Origin: Nitrososphaeria archaeon
GTDB lineage: Archaea; Thermoproteota; Nitrososphaeria; Nitrososphaerales; JANXEG01
Assembly: GCA_029775915.1 (NCBI GenBank)
Contig: JARVKA010000001.1
Coordinates: 98,594 to 162,593, forward strand
DNA: 64,000 bases
Direction: 5' to 3'
In this document: in pieces, positions 38,501 to 48,232 of the stretch
Position numbering within the stretch: the stretch's first letter is position 1
How the letters are laid out: each line of letters starts with the position of its first letter
The notes under the pieces: generated by a model
Databases searched by the model: none
What the model was told of the DNA's origin: nothing
What the model saw: only the letters and a program-made list of their open reading frames with translations
Program-made: the position numbers and the translations under genes

Positions 38501-39193
38501 TGGGGACTTGAGAAATGAATCGACATCATCTACAAAAACAAAGTCAAAATTCTTATATTGAATGATATCAAAATGATTAATTAGAAACCTTTCAGTCGTT
38601 ACCAAAATTTCAAAGTCTTCTTCTTCAACCCTTTTTAAAATCTCTTTCTTCTTACTCTCACTTATTCCAGCGTGATAACATATTATTTTAGGCTCGAAAC
38701 CAATTCTTTTTGAGTAAATATTAATTTTCTCTTCGACTTGTTGAACAAGAAGTGCAGTTGGCACTATAATGTAACTTTTTTTACCATTAACCACAAAGTA
38801 TAAAGCTGAAACTATTCCTAAGACAGTTTTCCCAACACCTGTAGGCGCTACTATTGAAAAACTTCTGTTTAAAAGGATTCTTCTAACCCATGTTTCTTGG
38901 AGGGACCACATTCTTTGCCCAACAACTTTTTTAAAAAATGAAGAAAAATCATTAAATTTTTTATAAAAGTTAAAAATGTCTTCAGCAAAATAAAGCTTAC
39001 CTCTCTCTTTTAAAACTTTTAAAAGTTCCTCTTGACTTTTTATATCCTCAATTTTTTCAATGCAATTTTCACATACTCCAAATTGGAGCAATCTTTCATT
39101 TGATATTATGCCTTCACAATTAATGCATAAACTATGGTAAATACTTCGAATCATCAACTCTTCAACTCTAATGAATAAGGTTTTATAAATCAA
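35561..39193 (-). CDS. rgy: Reverse gyrase
   Basis: 1210 aa. N-terminal zinc finger, helicase motifs APTGVGKT and VDDVD, Toprim ESPTKA and DPDIEGEKIA, and a topoisomerase IA active-site region (YHRTDA). Confidence 0.95.
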   Translation of the reverse strand: MIYKTLFIRVEELMIRSIYHSLCINCEGIISNERLLQFGVCENCIEKIEDIKSQEELLKVLKERGKLYFAEDIFNFYKKFNDFSSFFKKVVGQRMWSLQETWVRRILLNRSFSIVAPTGVGKTVLGIVSALYFVVNGKKSYIIVPTALLVQQVEEKINIYSKRIGFEPKIICYHAGISESKKKEILKRVEEEDFEILVTTERFLINHFDIIQYKNFDFVFVDDVDSFLKSPKNIDKIMKILGFSDEIINLAFQIIELRKEVSRLKRMGESYQSILEKLESLRNQINEYKCQNKIGLLVVSGATVKAKRTKRIKLFEELLNFQIGFKPEFLRNIKDYYIESKQEMKEQVLSLIKKFGSGCLIFVPSVLGKEYILKLSEFLNANGVKAYPYVKMDEEEMLEKFEKGEYEVLIGVASFRSPLARGIDLPERIRYVIFTGIPRIEIRLSWEEYNPVKLLTLLKNIREFLEPKAQDEASQRINTLRKILPISKQTVEKVKDALEKGIQLEGFDEFVRKIILDTQSFLKKAITPKVFGKISSSKEVSLIQKEGEFFLVVVDPIAYVQASGRTSRMFAGGITRGASFIIIDDEKAFYSLKERLKFILGEFLPIKFNLRDVERWFKGIDQDREIIRNIKEGKISKRLKDFIKTALLIVESPTKARTISKFFGKLFKRKVGNITVFEVNAGEFVLNIVASMGHIYDLVLDEGFHGVKVEKDYFVPIYDFIKKCQKCGDQFTGLDYCPKCKAQQYYSKKELIKAMRKIALEVNTIFVATDPDIEGEKIAYDVYCSLYPLNKRIERLEFHEITKKAFLQAIKERRVINIEMVKAQVIRRIEDRWIGFELSQKLWQRFQNHKLSAGRVQTPVLGWIIERTKESRRKKQVLSAILSNGLKVLIENPNFKYPLQLKDLKAKIESLENEERTIYPPPPYTTDMLIRDASIKLGFSATKTMKIAQDLFEMGLCTYHRTDATTVSTMGINIAKEYIQEKYPNLFSPRRYFMEGAHECIRPTRAIDVERLKTAISFLRFPKILTKDHFQLYELIFKRFIASQMKEALILYQKFKVLINSNQIFVENPVSIINEGFNKVLPIKLKKPVEGGEYTLKFAKLLYLPAAKPFIQGEVVALMREKAIGRPSTYAKTILTILERGYIIERENRLFSTPLGFKVYMYLNQNFGKYTCEETTRELERLMDLVEQGKVDYNEVLKNLYQEILEIRKS

Positions 39194-39282
39194 AAACTTT
39201 TTTCTAATATCGCTCAGAAATTAAATATTAGAAAAATGGGGATTAGGATGTAAAGAGAGATTAAATTTACAAGGAGCAAATT

Positions 39283-39675
39283 CTATTTACTGTAAAGGTC
39301 TTCACATAATTTACATTTTACATCCTTAAGCTCAGGCTCGATTGTTGTATGCAATTTACAGAGAGTGAGTGAGATTCTAAGGTGGTAGCAAACTTTACAT
39401 AACGCTTTCATTAACTCAAACTCTGAAATTTTATTAGACGCTATTTTCTTTACCACATCATCAATTAAGGGTGTTAAGTGCTTTCGCTCCATTTCTCCTA
39501 ATTCAATATTTCCTCTTTTTCTCTTAATATATTGGGAAACAGCTGCTTTTGTAATGCCTAAATATTCAGCTACATCTTTTTGTTTCATTCCAAAATTTTC
39601 AATAGCTTCTCTTGCTATCCATGCTCTTACACTTGGGAGAATTATTGCATTTACTAATTCACATGCCACTTTCAT
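39283..39675 (-). CDS. HTH transcriptional regulator with C-terminal Cys cluster
   Basis: HTH KQKDVAEYLGITKAAVSQYIK. C-terminal CKVC...CKLH...CKLC. 130 aa. Confidence 0.6.
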   Translation of the reverse strand: MKVACELVNAIILPSVRAWIAREAIENFGMKQKDVAEYLGITKAAVSQYIKRKRGNIELGEMERKHLTPLIDDVVKKIASNKISEFELMKALCKVCYHLRISLTLCKLHTTIEPELKDVKCKLCEDLYSK

Positions 39676-39765
39676 ACGATATTTAAATAAACACTACATT
39701 TTATAAAGTTAACGGCGTTAACTTTAAATTAAACTCTTTAAGAAGGTATCAACGAATGCTAAAAG

Positions 39766-40689
39766 GTGAAGAATGTGATAGTCGCGAGTAATATAACTGA
39801 GTTGATTGGGAGAACACCAATGGTAAGAATAAATAAGCTTACCGAACCGAATGATGCAACGATTTATGCAAAACTTGAGTGGTTTAACATTGGTGGCTCT
39901 GTTAAAGATAGAATGGCATTATATCTTATAAAATATGCAGAGATTGCTGGAAGATTAGATAAAGGTAAGGTGATTTTAGAAGCAACATCTGGAAATACGG
40001 GTATTGCTCTTGCTATGATTGCTGCAGCAAAGGGATATAAAATTACAATTATTATGCCAGAGTCCGTTAGTATTGAGAGAAGAGAGATAATAAGAGCTTA
40101 TGGTGCTGATTTGATTCTCTCAAGTGCTGAGAAAGGAACTGGAGGTGCTATTGAGCTTAAGCAGAGGTTGCTTAAGGAGCATCCTGAAAAGTATATTGAT
40201 ATAGATCAATTTAAAGATCCTGCGAATATTTTAGCCCATTATGAGACAACTGGTAAAGAAATTTTAGAGCAAACAAATGGTAAGGTGGATATGATTGTGG
40301 TTGGTATAGGGACTGCTGGAACAGGAGTTGGTACTTCAATGCGTGTAAAAGAGTATAATCCAAATATAAAGATCGTAGGTGTAATGCCACAATTGGGCAT
40401 AAGTATTCAAGGTTTAAGAAATCCAAAAGAACCATATCCAACACAATTATTTAGAGAAGATAAATTTGATGAGATTGTGGAGATAACAAAAGAAGACTTG
40501 CCTAAGACTTTTGAAGTTGCACGAAGAGCAGCAAGAGAAGAGGGTTTATTTATAGGTATGAGTTCAGGAGCTATTATGTACGTTGCGTTACGAAAAGCAA
40601 GAGAGTTAGGTAAAGGTAAGATAATAGTTGCAGTATTGCCAGATAATGGGGATAAATACTTATCAACAGGCTTATTTACCATTGAATAA
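39766..40689 (+). CDS. cysK: Cysteine synthase / PLP-dependent beta-synthase family (CysK/CysM/CBS-like)
   Basis: PLP-lysine motif GGSVKDR and TSGNTGIALA loop. 307 aa. Confidence 0.8.
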   Translation: MKNVIVASNITELIGRTPMVRINKLTEPNDATIYAKLEWFNIGGSVKDRMALYLIKYAEIAGRLDKGKVILEATSGNTGIALAMIAAAKGYKITIIMPESVSIERREIIRAYGADLILSSAEKGTGGAIELKQRLLKEHPEKYIDIDQFKDPANILAHYETTGKEILEQTNGKVDMIVVGIGTAGTGVGTSMRVKEYNPNIKIVGVMPQLGISIQGLRNPKEPYPTQLFREDKFDEIVEITKEDLPKTFEVARRAAREEGLFIGMSSGAIMYVALRKARELGKGKIIVAVLPDNGDKYLSTGLFTIE

Positions 40690-40807
40690 CACTTACGGGG
40701 AAATAATTTATAAATGGTGATGTGAGTAAAAAGGAAACTTTATCTAAATAGTGATGCAAAAAGAAACATAGATGCACTTCAATAACCTCTTCATTTAAAT
40801 ATTTGAT

Positions 40808-41773
40808 TTGTATAAAAACTCTGGGATGATTAAGGGTAAAGATATACTCACACTACTTGAGCTTTCACCACAAGAGATTGAATTGATATTAAATCTTGCT
40901 GATAAACTTAAAATGGAAGCCGTTAAAGGAATTTATAAACCTTTGTTAGCAAATCGTACTTTGTGCATGATTTTTCAAAAGCCCTCTACACGCACTAGAG
41001 TAAGCTTTGAAGTAGGTATGTTTGAACTTGGTGGGTATACAATAACCCTTACACCATCTGAGATGCAATTATCTAGAGGCGAGACTATAGAAGATACCGC
41101 TAGAACATTGTCAAGGTATGTAAATATATTGGCTGCACGTGTTTTTAATCATAATGATGTTGTAAGGTTAGCGGAAGCAGCTACGATACCAGTAATTAAT
41201 GCTCTATCAGATAAATGGCATCCTTGCCAAATACTTGCTGATCTTCAAACGATTCGTGAAGTAAAAGGTAGGCTTAAAGGTTTGAAATTGGCTTGGGTTG
41301 GTGATGGGAATAACGTTTGTAACACACTTTTAATTGGGTGTGCAAAAATGGGTATTAATATGGTTGTAGCCCATCCACCCGGTTATGATCCACTTAAAGA
41401 AGCTTTAAATGAAGCTTATAAATGCGCAGAGGAGAGTGGTGCTAAGATTGATACTACACACGATCCAAAAGTAGCGGTTAAAGATGCAGATATTGTAGTC
41501 ACAGATACATTCATATCTATGGGGAAAGAGGAGGAAAGGGAGGAAAGAATGAAGGTCTTTTTACCAAATTATCAAGTTAACACGAGGTTAATGAGTTTAG
41601 CAAAGCCTGATGCTGTTTTTATGCATTGCCTTCCAGCAAAAAGGGGTGAGGAAGTTACAGATGAAGTTATTGATGGGCCTAAATCGATAGTTTGGGAAGA
41701 AGCTGAGAATCGTAAGCATACTGAAAAGGCATTATTGTGTTTACTCTTACTTGATGAAAAAGCTTTATTCTAA
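40808..41773 (+). CDS. argF: Ornithine carbamoyltransferase
   Basis: Carbamoyl-phosphate motif STRTRVSFE, plus HPCQ and HCLPA. 321 aa. The start may be the internal Met, MIKGKD. Confidence 0.9.
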   Translation: MYKNSGMIKGKDILTLLELSPQEIELILNLADKLKMEAVKGIYKPLLANRTLCMIFQKPSTRTRVSFEVGMFELGGYTITLTPSEMQLSRGETIEDTARTLSRYVNILAARVFNHNDVVRLAEAATIPVINALSDKWHPCQILADLQTIREVKGRLKGLKLAWVGDGNNVCNTLLIGCAKMGINMVVAHPPGYDPLKEALNEAYKCAEESGAKIDTTHDPKVAVKDADIVVTDTFISMGKEEEREERMKVFLPNYQVNTRLMSLAKPDAVFMHCLPAKRGEEVTDEVIDGPKSIVWEEAENRKHTEKALLCLLLLDEKALF

Positions 41774-42085
41774 CTTAAACTTGGTGAATAAGTGTTTATC
41801 AAAATCTTGTATCCATCCATTGATAATTTTAATCCCTTCAGACTCTAACAAACGAATCTTTTTATCTATACCGCTTTTAAAGCCTCCCACATGACCATTC
41901 GCTTTAACTACTCTATGGCATGGTATAATAATCGGTTTCGGATTTACATTCATAAATTTACCAACTGCTCTTGCAGCTTTTGGATTACCAGCAGCTTTAG
42001 CTATAGCACTATAAGTAGAAATCATCCCTCGAGGTATTTGCCTTGTTAATTCATAAACTTTATCTTTAGAAATGCTTTTAACCAA
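41765..42085 (-). CDS. ogt: Methylated-DNA-protein-cysteine methyltransferase (MGMT/Ogt, DNA-binding domain only)
   Basis: Active-site PCHRVV. 106 aa. The 3' end overlaps the argF 3' end by 9 nt (convergent). Confidence 0.85.
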   Translation of the reverse strand: MVKSISKDKVYELTRQIPRGMISTYSAIAKAAGNPKAARAVGKFMNVNPKPIIIPCHRVVKANGHVGGFKSGIDKKIRLLESEGIKIINGWIQDFDKHLFTKFKLE

Positions 42086-42892
42086 TTATACTTTCACCAC
42101 TCTTAACCCAAACTCTTCAACTAAATTAAGTATACGCTCTTTCTCACTACCTAAACCTTTCCAATCCAAAACTGCATATTTTACATCTTCTACACATTTA
42201 TGAATCATTTGATAAATAATATCTCGATTAACATGATTTAAAATATACTTAGGTGCTATTGCACCTAAAGCAAAATCTGAGTTTAATATGAATCGAGTAA
42301 ACTTTTCTGAATAATGCACACCACCAAAACCAATTCCAATTTTACTTACCCTAATTGGTCTTAAAAGAGCTCTCATCAAAGCTTTACTTACCACATTTAC
42401 TGCAACTTTATCATTCCATTCGATTGGTGAGGAGCCAATTTCTACAAATAAAACGGGCTTCATTAAATTTGTTGGACCATGATGTGTAGCTTCAATCACT
42501 ATTTGATAATTTGGCACCAATTCTTTCATTAACCACAATTTTTCCATATATCCCTTTTGCAAACTTGGATAAGTAAAACTAAGTTCTCTACATTTGCCAC
42601 CATATTCACATGTATTAGAAAAATTACCTGGAAAGTGAGATGTAAGTGAAGGTAAGCCTCTTTCAGATTTATGCTTTGAAACAAAGATGTAACAATCTGG
42701 TGAAAAATAATTATCCAAATGATTCACATTCACAATCTCTTTACTAACGTATATTAACCTTAAATTCTCTTTAATATAAATGGGATTACCTTCAAAAGCC
42801 TCTTCACTTTTTACAAATCCATAGTCACTTACCAATTTATTTGCAATATTAAATCCAGCTGGATCCTGCTTAGATACAACTATAATGTACAT
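42086..42892 (-). CDS. dtdA: D-aminoacyl-tRNA deacylase, archaeal DtdA (GEK1) type
   Basis: 268 aa. N-terminus IIVVSKQDPAGFNIANKL and EATHHGP motif, as remembered for DtdA. Confidence 0.6.
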   Translation of the reverse strand: MYIIVVSKQDPAGFNIANKLVSDYGFVKSEEAFEGNPIYIKENLRLIYVSKEIVNVNHLDNYFSPDCYIFVSKHKSERGLPSLTSHFPGNFSNTCEYGGKCRELSFTYPSLQKGYMEKLWLMKELVPNYQIVIEATHHGPTNLMKPVLFVEIGSSPIEWNDKVAVNVVSKALMRALLRPIRVSKIGIGFGGVHYSEKFTRFILNSDFALGAIAPKYILNHVNRDIIYQMIHKCVEDVKYAVLDWKGLGSEKERILNLVEEFGLRVVKV

Positions 42893-43131
42893 TAACTCTT
42901 AGTAAGAGTTTATTCCATTTATATATTATGTTGGGAAAAATATGCTTATAACTTCTCAATAATTCTTCTTTACCTTTAGCCCCATTCAATTTAATCCTCT
43001 CAAGAATTCACGTAGCAATTCAATATTATCAATTTTTGATTTTAAATGAAGAGCCTAAAACCTCTCTTTAACATTTTAAAGAAGAATATATAAGTAGGAA
43101 TCATTTACAAAAGATTGATTGGCGTATTAAA

Positions 43132-43308
43132 ATGGGTTTAAGATCATTTTTAAAGTCGGTTATATTAACCTTGAGGCTCTCAAAGAAGTCGGACATGCGT
43201 GAATTTTTACTTTACGCAAAATTAGTTTTGTTAGGGGTTGCTATTGTTGGTGGTATTGGTTTTCTTATACAACTTATAGCTGCTATAATTAGGCTCACTA
43301 GTAGGTAA
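43132..43308 (+). CDS. secE: Preprotein translocase subunit SecE (Sec61 gamma)
   Basis: Below the track cut-off: MGLRSFLKSVILTLRLSKKSDMREFLLYAKLVLLGVAIVGGIGFLIQLIAAIIRLTSR (58 aa, single TM). Conserved position immediately upstream of spt5. Confidence 0.7.
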   Translation: MGLRSFLKSVILTLRLSKKSDMREFLLYAKLVLLGVAIVGGIGFLIQLIAAIIRLTSR

Positions 43309-43313
43309 TTGAT

Positions 43314-43781
43314 ATGAGTAAGGAGGCTCCATCAAGAATTTTTGCTGTAAAAACTACTGGAGGTCAAGAAAGAATAGTAGCGAATTTTATAGCTACAAGA
43401 GTGTTACTAAAGGAGAAACGAGTTCATTCTATACTCGTTTTAGACTCATTAAAAGGTTACGTATTTTTAGAAGCTGATAATGTACAAATAGTGAATGAAG
43501 TTATTAGTGGATTTAAACATGTTAAAAGCTCAGTCCCAGGTATCATACAATTTTCAGATATAGAAAGATTTCTTATTACAAAACCTATTATTTCTGAGTT
43601 GGATATTGGTGATATTGTAGAGGTAATAGCTGGTCCATTTAAAGGCATGAGAGCAAAAATTAATCGAATTGAAGAAGCAAAATCTGAAGTTACTGTAATT
43701 TTATTGGACGCACCTTACCAACTCCCAGTTACCATAGATGCAAATTATTTAAAGATCATTCAAAAAGTATCCAAAACTTAG
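43314..43781 (+). CDS. spt5: Transcription elongation factor Spt5 (NusG)
   Basis: NGN domain IFAVKTTGGQERIVANFI and KOW motif GDIVEVIAGPFKGMRAKI. Confidence 0.9.
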   Translation: MSKEAPSRIFAVKTTGGQERIVANFIATRVLLKEKRVHSILVLDSLKGYVFLEADNVQIVNEVISGFKHVKSSVPGIIQFSDIERFLITKPIISELDIGDIVEVIAGPFKGMRAKINRIEEAKSEVTVILLDAPYQLPVTIDANYLKIIQKVSKT

Positions 43782-43870
43782 TGTGCTTGAATTATTAAAT
43801 AATGAGGTATAAATGATTATAAGAGAGTTTGTTTACATAATTTTCGAAATGGTTATAACGAACTAATATA

Positions 43871-44380
43871 ATGTGGAATGGTGTGAGTATGGGCGAAAAG
43901 AAATCTATTTCTCTATTGGTTACAGGTGGAGAGGCTACTGCAGGTCCACCTTTAGGTCCAGCTATAGGTCCACTAGGTGTGAATGTTATGGCTGTTGTGA
44001 ATCGAATTAATGAATTAACTCGTGAATATTCAGGGATGAGAGTTCCCGTTGTTGTGAATATAGATGTTGAAACAAAGCAGTTTGATGTTGAAGTAGGTGT
44101 ACCAACAACTTCAGCTTTAATTGCGAAAGAAGCGAAGATTGAAAAAGGCTCAGGAGCACCAAATACAAATTACGTAGGTAATTTAACTATGGCACAAGTG
44201 GTGAAGATAGCTCGATTAAAAAGGTGTCAATCCTATGGAAAGACTTTAAAGTCTTTAGTTAAAGAAGTTTTAGGCTCTTGTGTGAGCATGGGTGTTAAAG
44301 TGGAGGGTAAAAATCCAAAAGAAATTATTAAAGAGGTTGATCAAGGCTTATGGGATTCCCAATTAAAAGATATTCAATAA
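43871..44380 (+). CDS. rpl11: Ribosomal protein L11 (uL11)
   Basis: GPPLGPAIGPLGVN motif. The start is probably the internal MGEKK. Confidence 0.9.
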   Translation: MWNGVSMGEKKSISLLVTGGEATAGPPLGPAIGPLGVNVMAVVNRINELTREYSGMRVPVVVNIDVETKQFDVEVGVPTTSALIAKEAKIEKGSGAPNTNYVGNLTMAQVVKIARLKRCQSYGKTLKSLVKEVLGSCVSMGVKVEGKNPKEIIKEVDQGLWDSQLKDIQ

Positions 44381-44473
44381 TTTTAAAGTTTATTAAAATG
44401 TTGAGAAATTTTTATATGAAGATTGCCACAACTCTTTTAATAATCCATTCTTATAAATCAAGGTTGTGTTATT

Positions 44474-45121
44474 ATGGTTAACAAAGATCAATTGTTGGAT
44501 TTGATAAAAAAAGCTTTGGAGGTTAAGGGAGAGCGGAATTTTCGTCAATCTATAGAGTTGATACTCACATTACGGGATATAGATTTGAAGAAGCAATCAT
44601 TTAGCATAAATGAAATTATAACTTTGCCCTCCGGCTTAACAGATAAACCAACTATATGTGTTTTAGCGGGTGGAGATCTTGCTTTTAGAGCGAAGCAAAT
44701 TGGCGTAGATAGAGTAATCACACCAGATGAGCTTGACCGAATCATAAATGATAAAAAAGAGGCGAAAAAAATTGCAAAAAGTTTTACATTCTTCTTGGCT
44801 GAGGTTGATTTAATGCCAAAAATCGGTAAAATTCTTGGCCCATATCTCGGTCCGAGAGGAAAGATGCCTACGCCTCTCCCACCTAATGCTCCTATTGAAA
44901 TGATTGTTGAACGTTTTAAAAAATCAGTTCGAGTAAGAAGTAAAGGTCAACTATCTATCTCATGTAAAATTGGTGATGAGGGTTTAACTTATGAAAAAAT
45001 TGCTGAGAATGCGATGGCTGTTATAAGCACAATTGAGAGAAAACTCCCAGCAGGATTGAAAAATATTCGGAGCATAATTGTGAAAACGACCATGGGCTCA
45101 CCAGTTAAGTTAATAATTTGA
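44474..45121 (+). CDS. rpl1: Ribosomal protein L1 (uL1)
   Basis: 215 aa. The family pattern (..NFRQSIELILTLRDIDLKK.., ..LGPRGKMPTP..) and operon position both fit. Confidence 0.9.
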   Translation: MVNKDQLLDLIKKALEVKGERNFRQSIELILTLRDIDLKKQSFSINEIITLPSGLTDKPTICVLAGGDLAFRAKQIGVDRVITPDELDRIINDKKEAKKIAKSFTFFLAEVDLMPKIGKILGPYLGPRGKMPTPLPPNAPIEMIVERFKKSVRVRSKGQLSISCKIGDEGLTYEKIAENAMAVISTIERKLPAGLKNIRSIIVKTTMGSPVKLII

Positions 45122-45131
45122 GGTTATCATT

Positions 45132-45992
45132 ATGCAGGTTATTAAAAAGAGTTCAAAAAGTAGGAAGATTGAAATAATTGGGAAGATCGAGTCTTTAATG
45201 AAGAAGTATTCTGTGGTGGCAGTATCAAAACTTTACAAAGTACGTTCTACTCAATTAATGGTTTTAAGAAAGAAGTTTAGAGATGTTATGACGATTCTCG
45301 TTACAAAGAATACTCTAGCCTCTATAGCATTTGAAAGAGCAGGGCTTCCAAAAGAGTTTACAGAAAATCTAAGTGGACAGAATGTTTTCATATTTACCAA
45401 TCTCTCTCCCTTTAAACTCCAATTACTTTTAGAAAAAAATAGGGTAAACCTTCCAGCTCGAGCTGATGATGTAGCTACTGATGATATTGTAATCCCGGCT
45501 GGAAATACAGGAATCCCACCAGGTCCGATTCTCAGTGACTTTAAAGCATTGAACATACCTACGAAGATCGATGTAGGGAGCATTTGGATTTTGAAGGATA
45601 CTTTAGTAGCAAAGAAGGGTGATGTAATTAATCCGAAGTTAGCTGGATTACTATCGAAATTGAATATAAATCCAATTAGAGCAGGACTTTCAATAATGTT
45701 TGCATATGAGAATGGGCTAATGTATAAAGAGCAAGATCTTTATATCGATTTCAATCAATATAAAAATGCAATTATAGATGCGTATCAATCAGTTATAAAT
45801 CTTAGCGTGGCTATTAATTATCCTATGAAAGAAACGATGCCACTTTTACTTTTAAAAGGATTTAAGGATGCACAACAACTTTTATTAAGTGTGGATTACT
45901 ATGCAAAAGAGAATATAGAATTTAAGCTTACACAAGCATATATTAATGCAACAATATTGAATCGAATGGTTGAATCGAAAGGATATTCTTGA
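45132..45992 (+). CDS. rpl10: Ribosomal stalk protein L10 / P0 (uL10)
   Basis: 286 aa, position after L1. The P0-like N-terminal domain fits (..VRSTQLMVLRKKFRD..). Confidence 0.85.
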   Translation: MQVIKKSSKSRKIEIIGKIESLMKKYSVVAVSKLYKVRSTQLMVLRKKFRDVMTILVTKNTLASIAFERAGLPKEFTENLSGQNVFIFTNLSPFKLQLLLEKNRVNLPARADDVATDDIVIPAGNTGIPPGPILSDFKALNIPTKIDVGSIWILKDTLVAKKGDVINPKLAGLLSKLNINPIRAGLSIMFAYENGLMYKEQDLYIDFNQYKNAIIDAYQSVINLSVAINYPMKETMPLLLLKGFKDAQQLLLSVDYYAKENIEFKLTQAYINATILNRMVESKGYS

Positions 45993-46002
45993 GTTTATAC
46001 TA

Positions 46003-46320
46003 TTAGCCGAATAAGCTGGATAAACCGACCAACGCCTCTTCCTCTTCTTTCTTCTCTTCCTTCCTCTCTTCCTTCTCCTCTTTCTTTGGAGCTTCAGCAG
46101 GTGTTGCACCAGTTGAAGGAGTTGGTTGGGTAATAATTGGTGTTGTAACAGCGCTCTTTAAAACTTCATCAATATTTACTTCACTCAATGCTGCTACCAA
46201 AGCTTTAACTTTTACTTCATTGGGAGTGGCACCAGCCGCTTTTATCACATTTTTTAAATTCTCTTCAGTAATACTCTTATTCAACCTATGCAGTAAGAGC
46301 GCAGCATAAATGTATTCCAT
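46003..46320 (-). CDS. rpl12: Ribosomal stalk protein L12 / P1
   Basis: [11 protein letters not shown].. N-terminus, Ala/Pro hinge, and a KKEEKEE acidic tail ending [12 protein letters not shown]. It is on the opposite strand to L10. Confidence 0.9.
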   Translation of the reverse strand: MEYIYAALLLHRLNKSITEENLKNVIKAAGATPNEVKVKALVAALSEVNIDEVLKSAVTTPIITQPTPSTGATPAEAPKKEEKEERKEEKKEEEEALVGLSSLFG

Positions 46321-46475
46321 CTTCGCTCAAGATATAAAAAAGGCTACTTATAAATCTTTTACAATGAGCTTGAATGACTTAGATTATATGGTGAATTGAG
46401 CTCTAACACTATTTCATAAAATTAATCCACTATAAATATTTAATTAAATTCTATATTAAATTTAAGGATTAAAGG

Positions 46476-46814
46476 TTGAAGGTTTACTTTATTCGTGAAC
46501 CAACAAAGCAACAAAAGAAGCATGAGGCAAAATGGTCTAAAACTACTGAAAAAATACTAAACGTGATTAAATCTAAAGGAGAGATTGATACACGAACATT
46601 AGCTGAGATTACTGGTTACAAGCTCGGTACTATAAATGCTCAAGTAAGTATCCTTCGCCGTCTCGGACTTGTTACTACTCGCGAACATGAGAATTTAGAG
46701 GTATCTTTATGCCCTCCACATCAATGGTCAGAGGAAGTTACTTTAAGGCCTTATGGCGATAATATAATAATTCGAAAGTGTAGGATTTGTGGAAAAGTGG
46801 AGCGTGCTTATTAA
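46476..46814 (+). CDS. Small winged-helix + zinc-ribbon protein (putative regulator)
   Basis: 112 aa. wHTH-like TRTLAEITGYKLGTINAQVSILRRLGLV. C-terminal CPPH...CRICG. Confidence 0.4.
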   Translation: MKVYFIREPTKQQKKHEAKWSKTTEKILNVIKSKGEIDTRTLAEITGYKLGTINAQVSILRRLGLVTTREHENLEVSLCPPHQWSEEVTLRPYGDNIIIRKCRICGKVERAY

Positions 46815-46884
46815 TCAAAAGTTTCTTTGTAATTTTGATAGAATTTATGATTGAGTTTTTAATAACCAAATTATTTATAAAAGG

Positions 46885-47886
46885 TTGTTAATCAATGCTA
46901 ATAAAATGTTGATAATCGCAATTTTTGCATTCGTAATTACATTTATACTCACGTATACACTTACGAAATTTCTTATTTCATATTTAAAGAAAATTAATCG
47001 AATTGTTAAAGATTATCATAAACCAGGGGAAGTTAAAGTTCCAATGCCTGGTGGGCCGGCGCTCGTTATACCCATAATAATTGTTGAGATTATGGTTTAC
47101 ATCTTCACTCAAGATATTAGAATTTTATCACTCATCTTCACTATAATGATTGTATTCATCATAGGTATTATAGATGACCTTTATATATTGAGTGGAATCT
47201 TAAAGCCAACACTTCTTATTTTAGGTGGCTTACCAATTATTATTCTTAAAACTTACAATCCATATTTAACTTTCCCTTTATTCGGAACGGTTAGGTTAAC
47301 CATAATTTATCCTATACTCATTTTAATTGCAATAACTATCACATCCAATACAATCAATTCGATTGATGTATTAAATGGTGCAGTAAGTGGTTTCTTAATA
47401 ATAGCTACTGTACCGATTATGTTTGCATTAATCTTAAAGGCTGATTACATTGCTATTACATTCACTTTGCCTTTATTAGCATCTTTACTCGCCTTTTATA
47501 AATACCATCGATACCCATCCAGAATTTTCCCTGGAGATTCTGGGAGTTTATCTATAGGTGCTATTTATGGCGCATTAACAATTTTAGGTAGTGTGGAAGT
47601 AGTAGGAGTAATTGCATTACTCCCGGCAATTCTTAATTCATTCCTTTTCCTTACAAGTGTTAAAAGATTGGTGGAGCATCGTGAAATAAAAGCAAGGCCT
47701 ACCATACTTTTAGAAGATTATCGCATAGCTGCCTCTAAAGATATTTCTGCACCTATAACACTCATCAGACTTATATTGGCAGATGGTCCTTTAAGTGAAA
47801 GTGAAATAGTTAAAGAGATATTTAAACTTGCAATCTTTACAGCAATTCTAGCATCAATCACAGCTTATATTACATGGGGGCTTTAA
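46885..47886 (+). CDS. aglH: Glycosyltransferase family 4, UDP-GlcNAc:dolichyl-phosphate GlcNAc-1-P transferase (AglH/MraY-like)
   Basis: Polytopic membrane protein with IGIIDDLYIL, NSIDVLNGAVSG and FPGDSGSL motifs. Confidence 0.75.
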   Translation: MLINANKMLIIAIFAFVITFILTYTLTKFLISYLKKINRIVKDYHKPGEVKVPMPGGPALVIPIIIVEIMVYIFTQDIRILSLIFTIMIVFIIGIIDDLYILSGILKPTLLILGGLPIIILKTYNPYLTFPLFGTVRLTIIYPILILIAITITSNTINSIDVLNGAVSGFLIIATVPIMFALILKADYIAITFTLPLLASLLAFYKYHRYPSRIFPGDSGSLSIGAIYGALTILGSVEVVGVIALLPAILNSFLFLTSVKRLVEHREIKARPTILLEDYRIAASKDISAPITLIRLILADGPLSESEIVKEIFKLAIFTAILASITAYITWGL

Positions 47887-47887
47887 C

Positions 47888-48133
47888 TTGACATACCGCT
47901 TACTTCCACTTATGGGAATACTATTAGTAGCATGGCTTTTAATCTTTTTAGGATCATTCATCATTTTTAAAATTGTCGCTCCAATCCCTGAATTTTTACC
48001 TGGTTACTTTGGAGTATTAATTACAGCGATAATAAAAGTAATTATTTCAACTCTTCTTGTGATATGTTGGATATTAATTATGGTTTGGTTAAGAGATTTA
48101 TATGTAAGAAAGAAGTTTTTAAAGAAAAGTTAG
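47888..48133 (+). CDS. Small membrane protein
   Basis: 81 aa with two hydrophobic helices. It starts 2 nt after the aglH stop. Confidence 0.45.
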   Translation: MTYRLLPLMGILLVAWLLIFLGSFIIFKIVAPIPEFLPGYFGVLITAIIKVIISTLLVICWILIMVWLRDLYVRKKFLKKS

Positions 48134-48232
48134 TTCAACATAATTTTAAACCCTTTTTATTTAGTAAATTGCGTCGATTTTAATTAAACTTAAATTAAAG
48201 TTACTCATAAATTCCTAAAATGAGTGTAAGCC

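Noticed and set aside
45885-46109. 74-aa Arg/Lys-rich ORF (..[17 protein letters not shown]..) on the minus strand, bridging the L10 3' end and rpl12.
   Set aside because: It is an alternative-frame reading of the repetitive GAA/AAG-rich sequence that encodes the acidic KKEEKEE stalk tail of L12. It is an artefact of the repeat.
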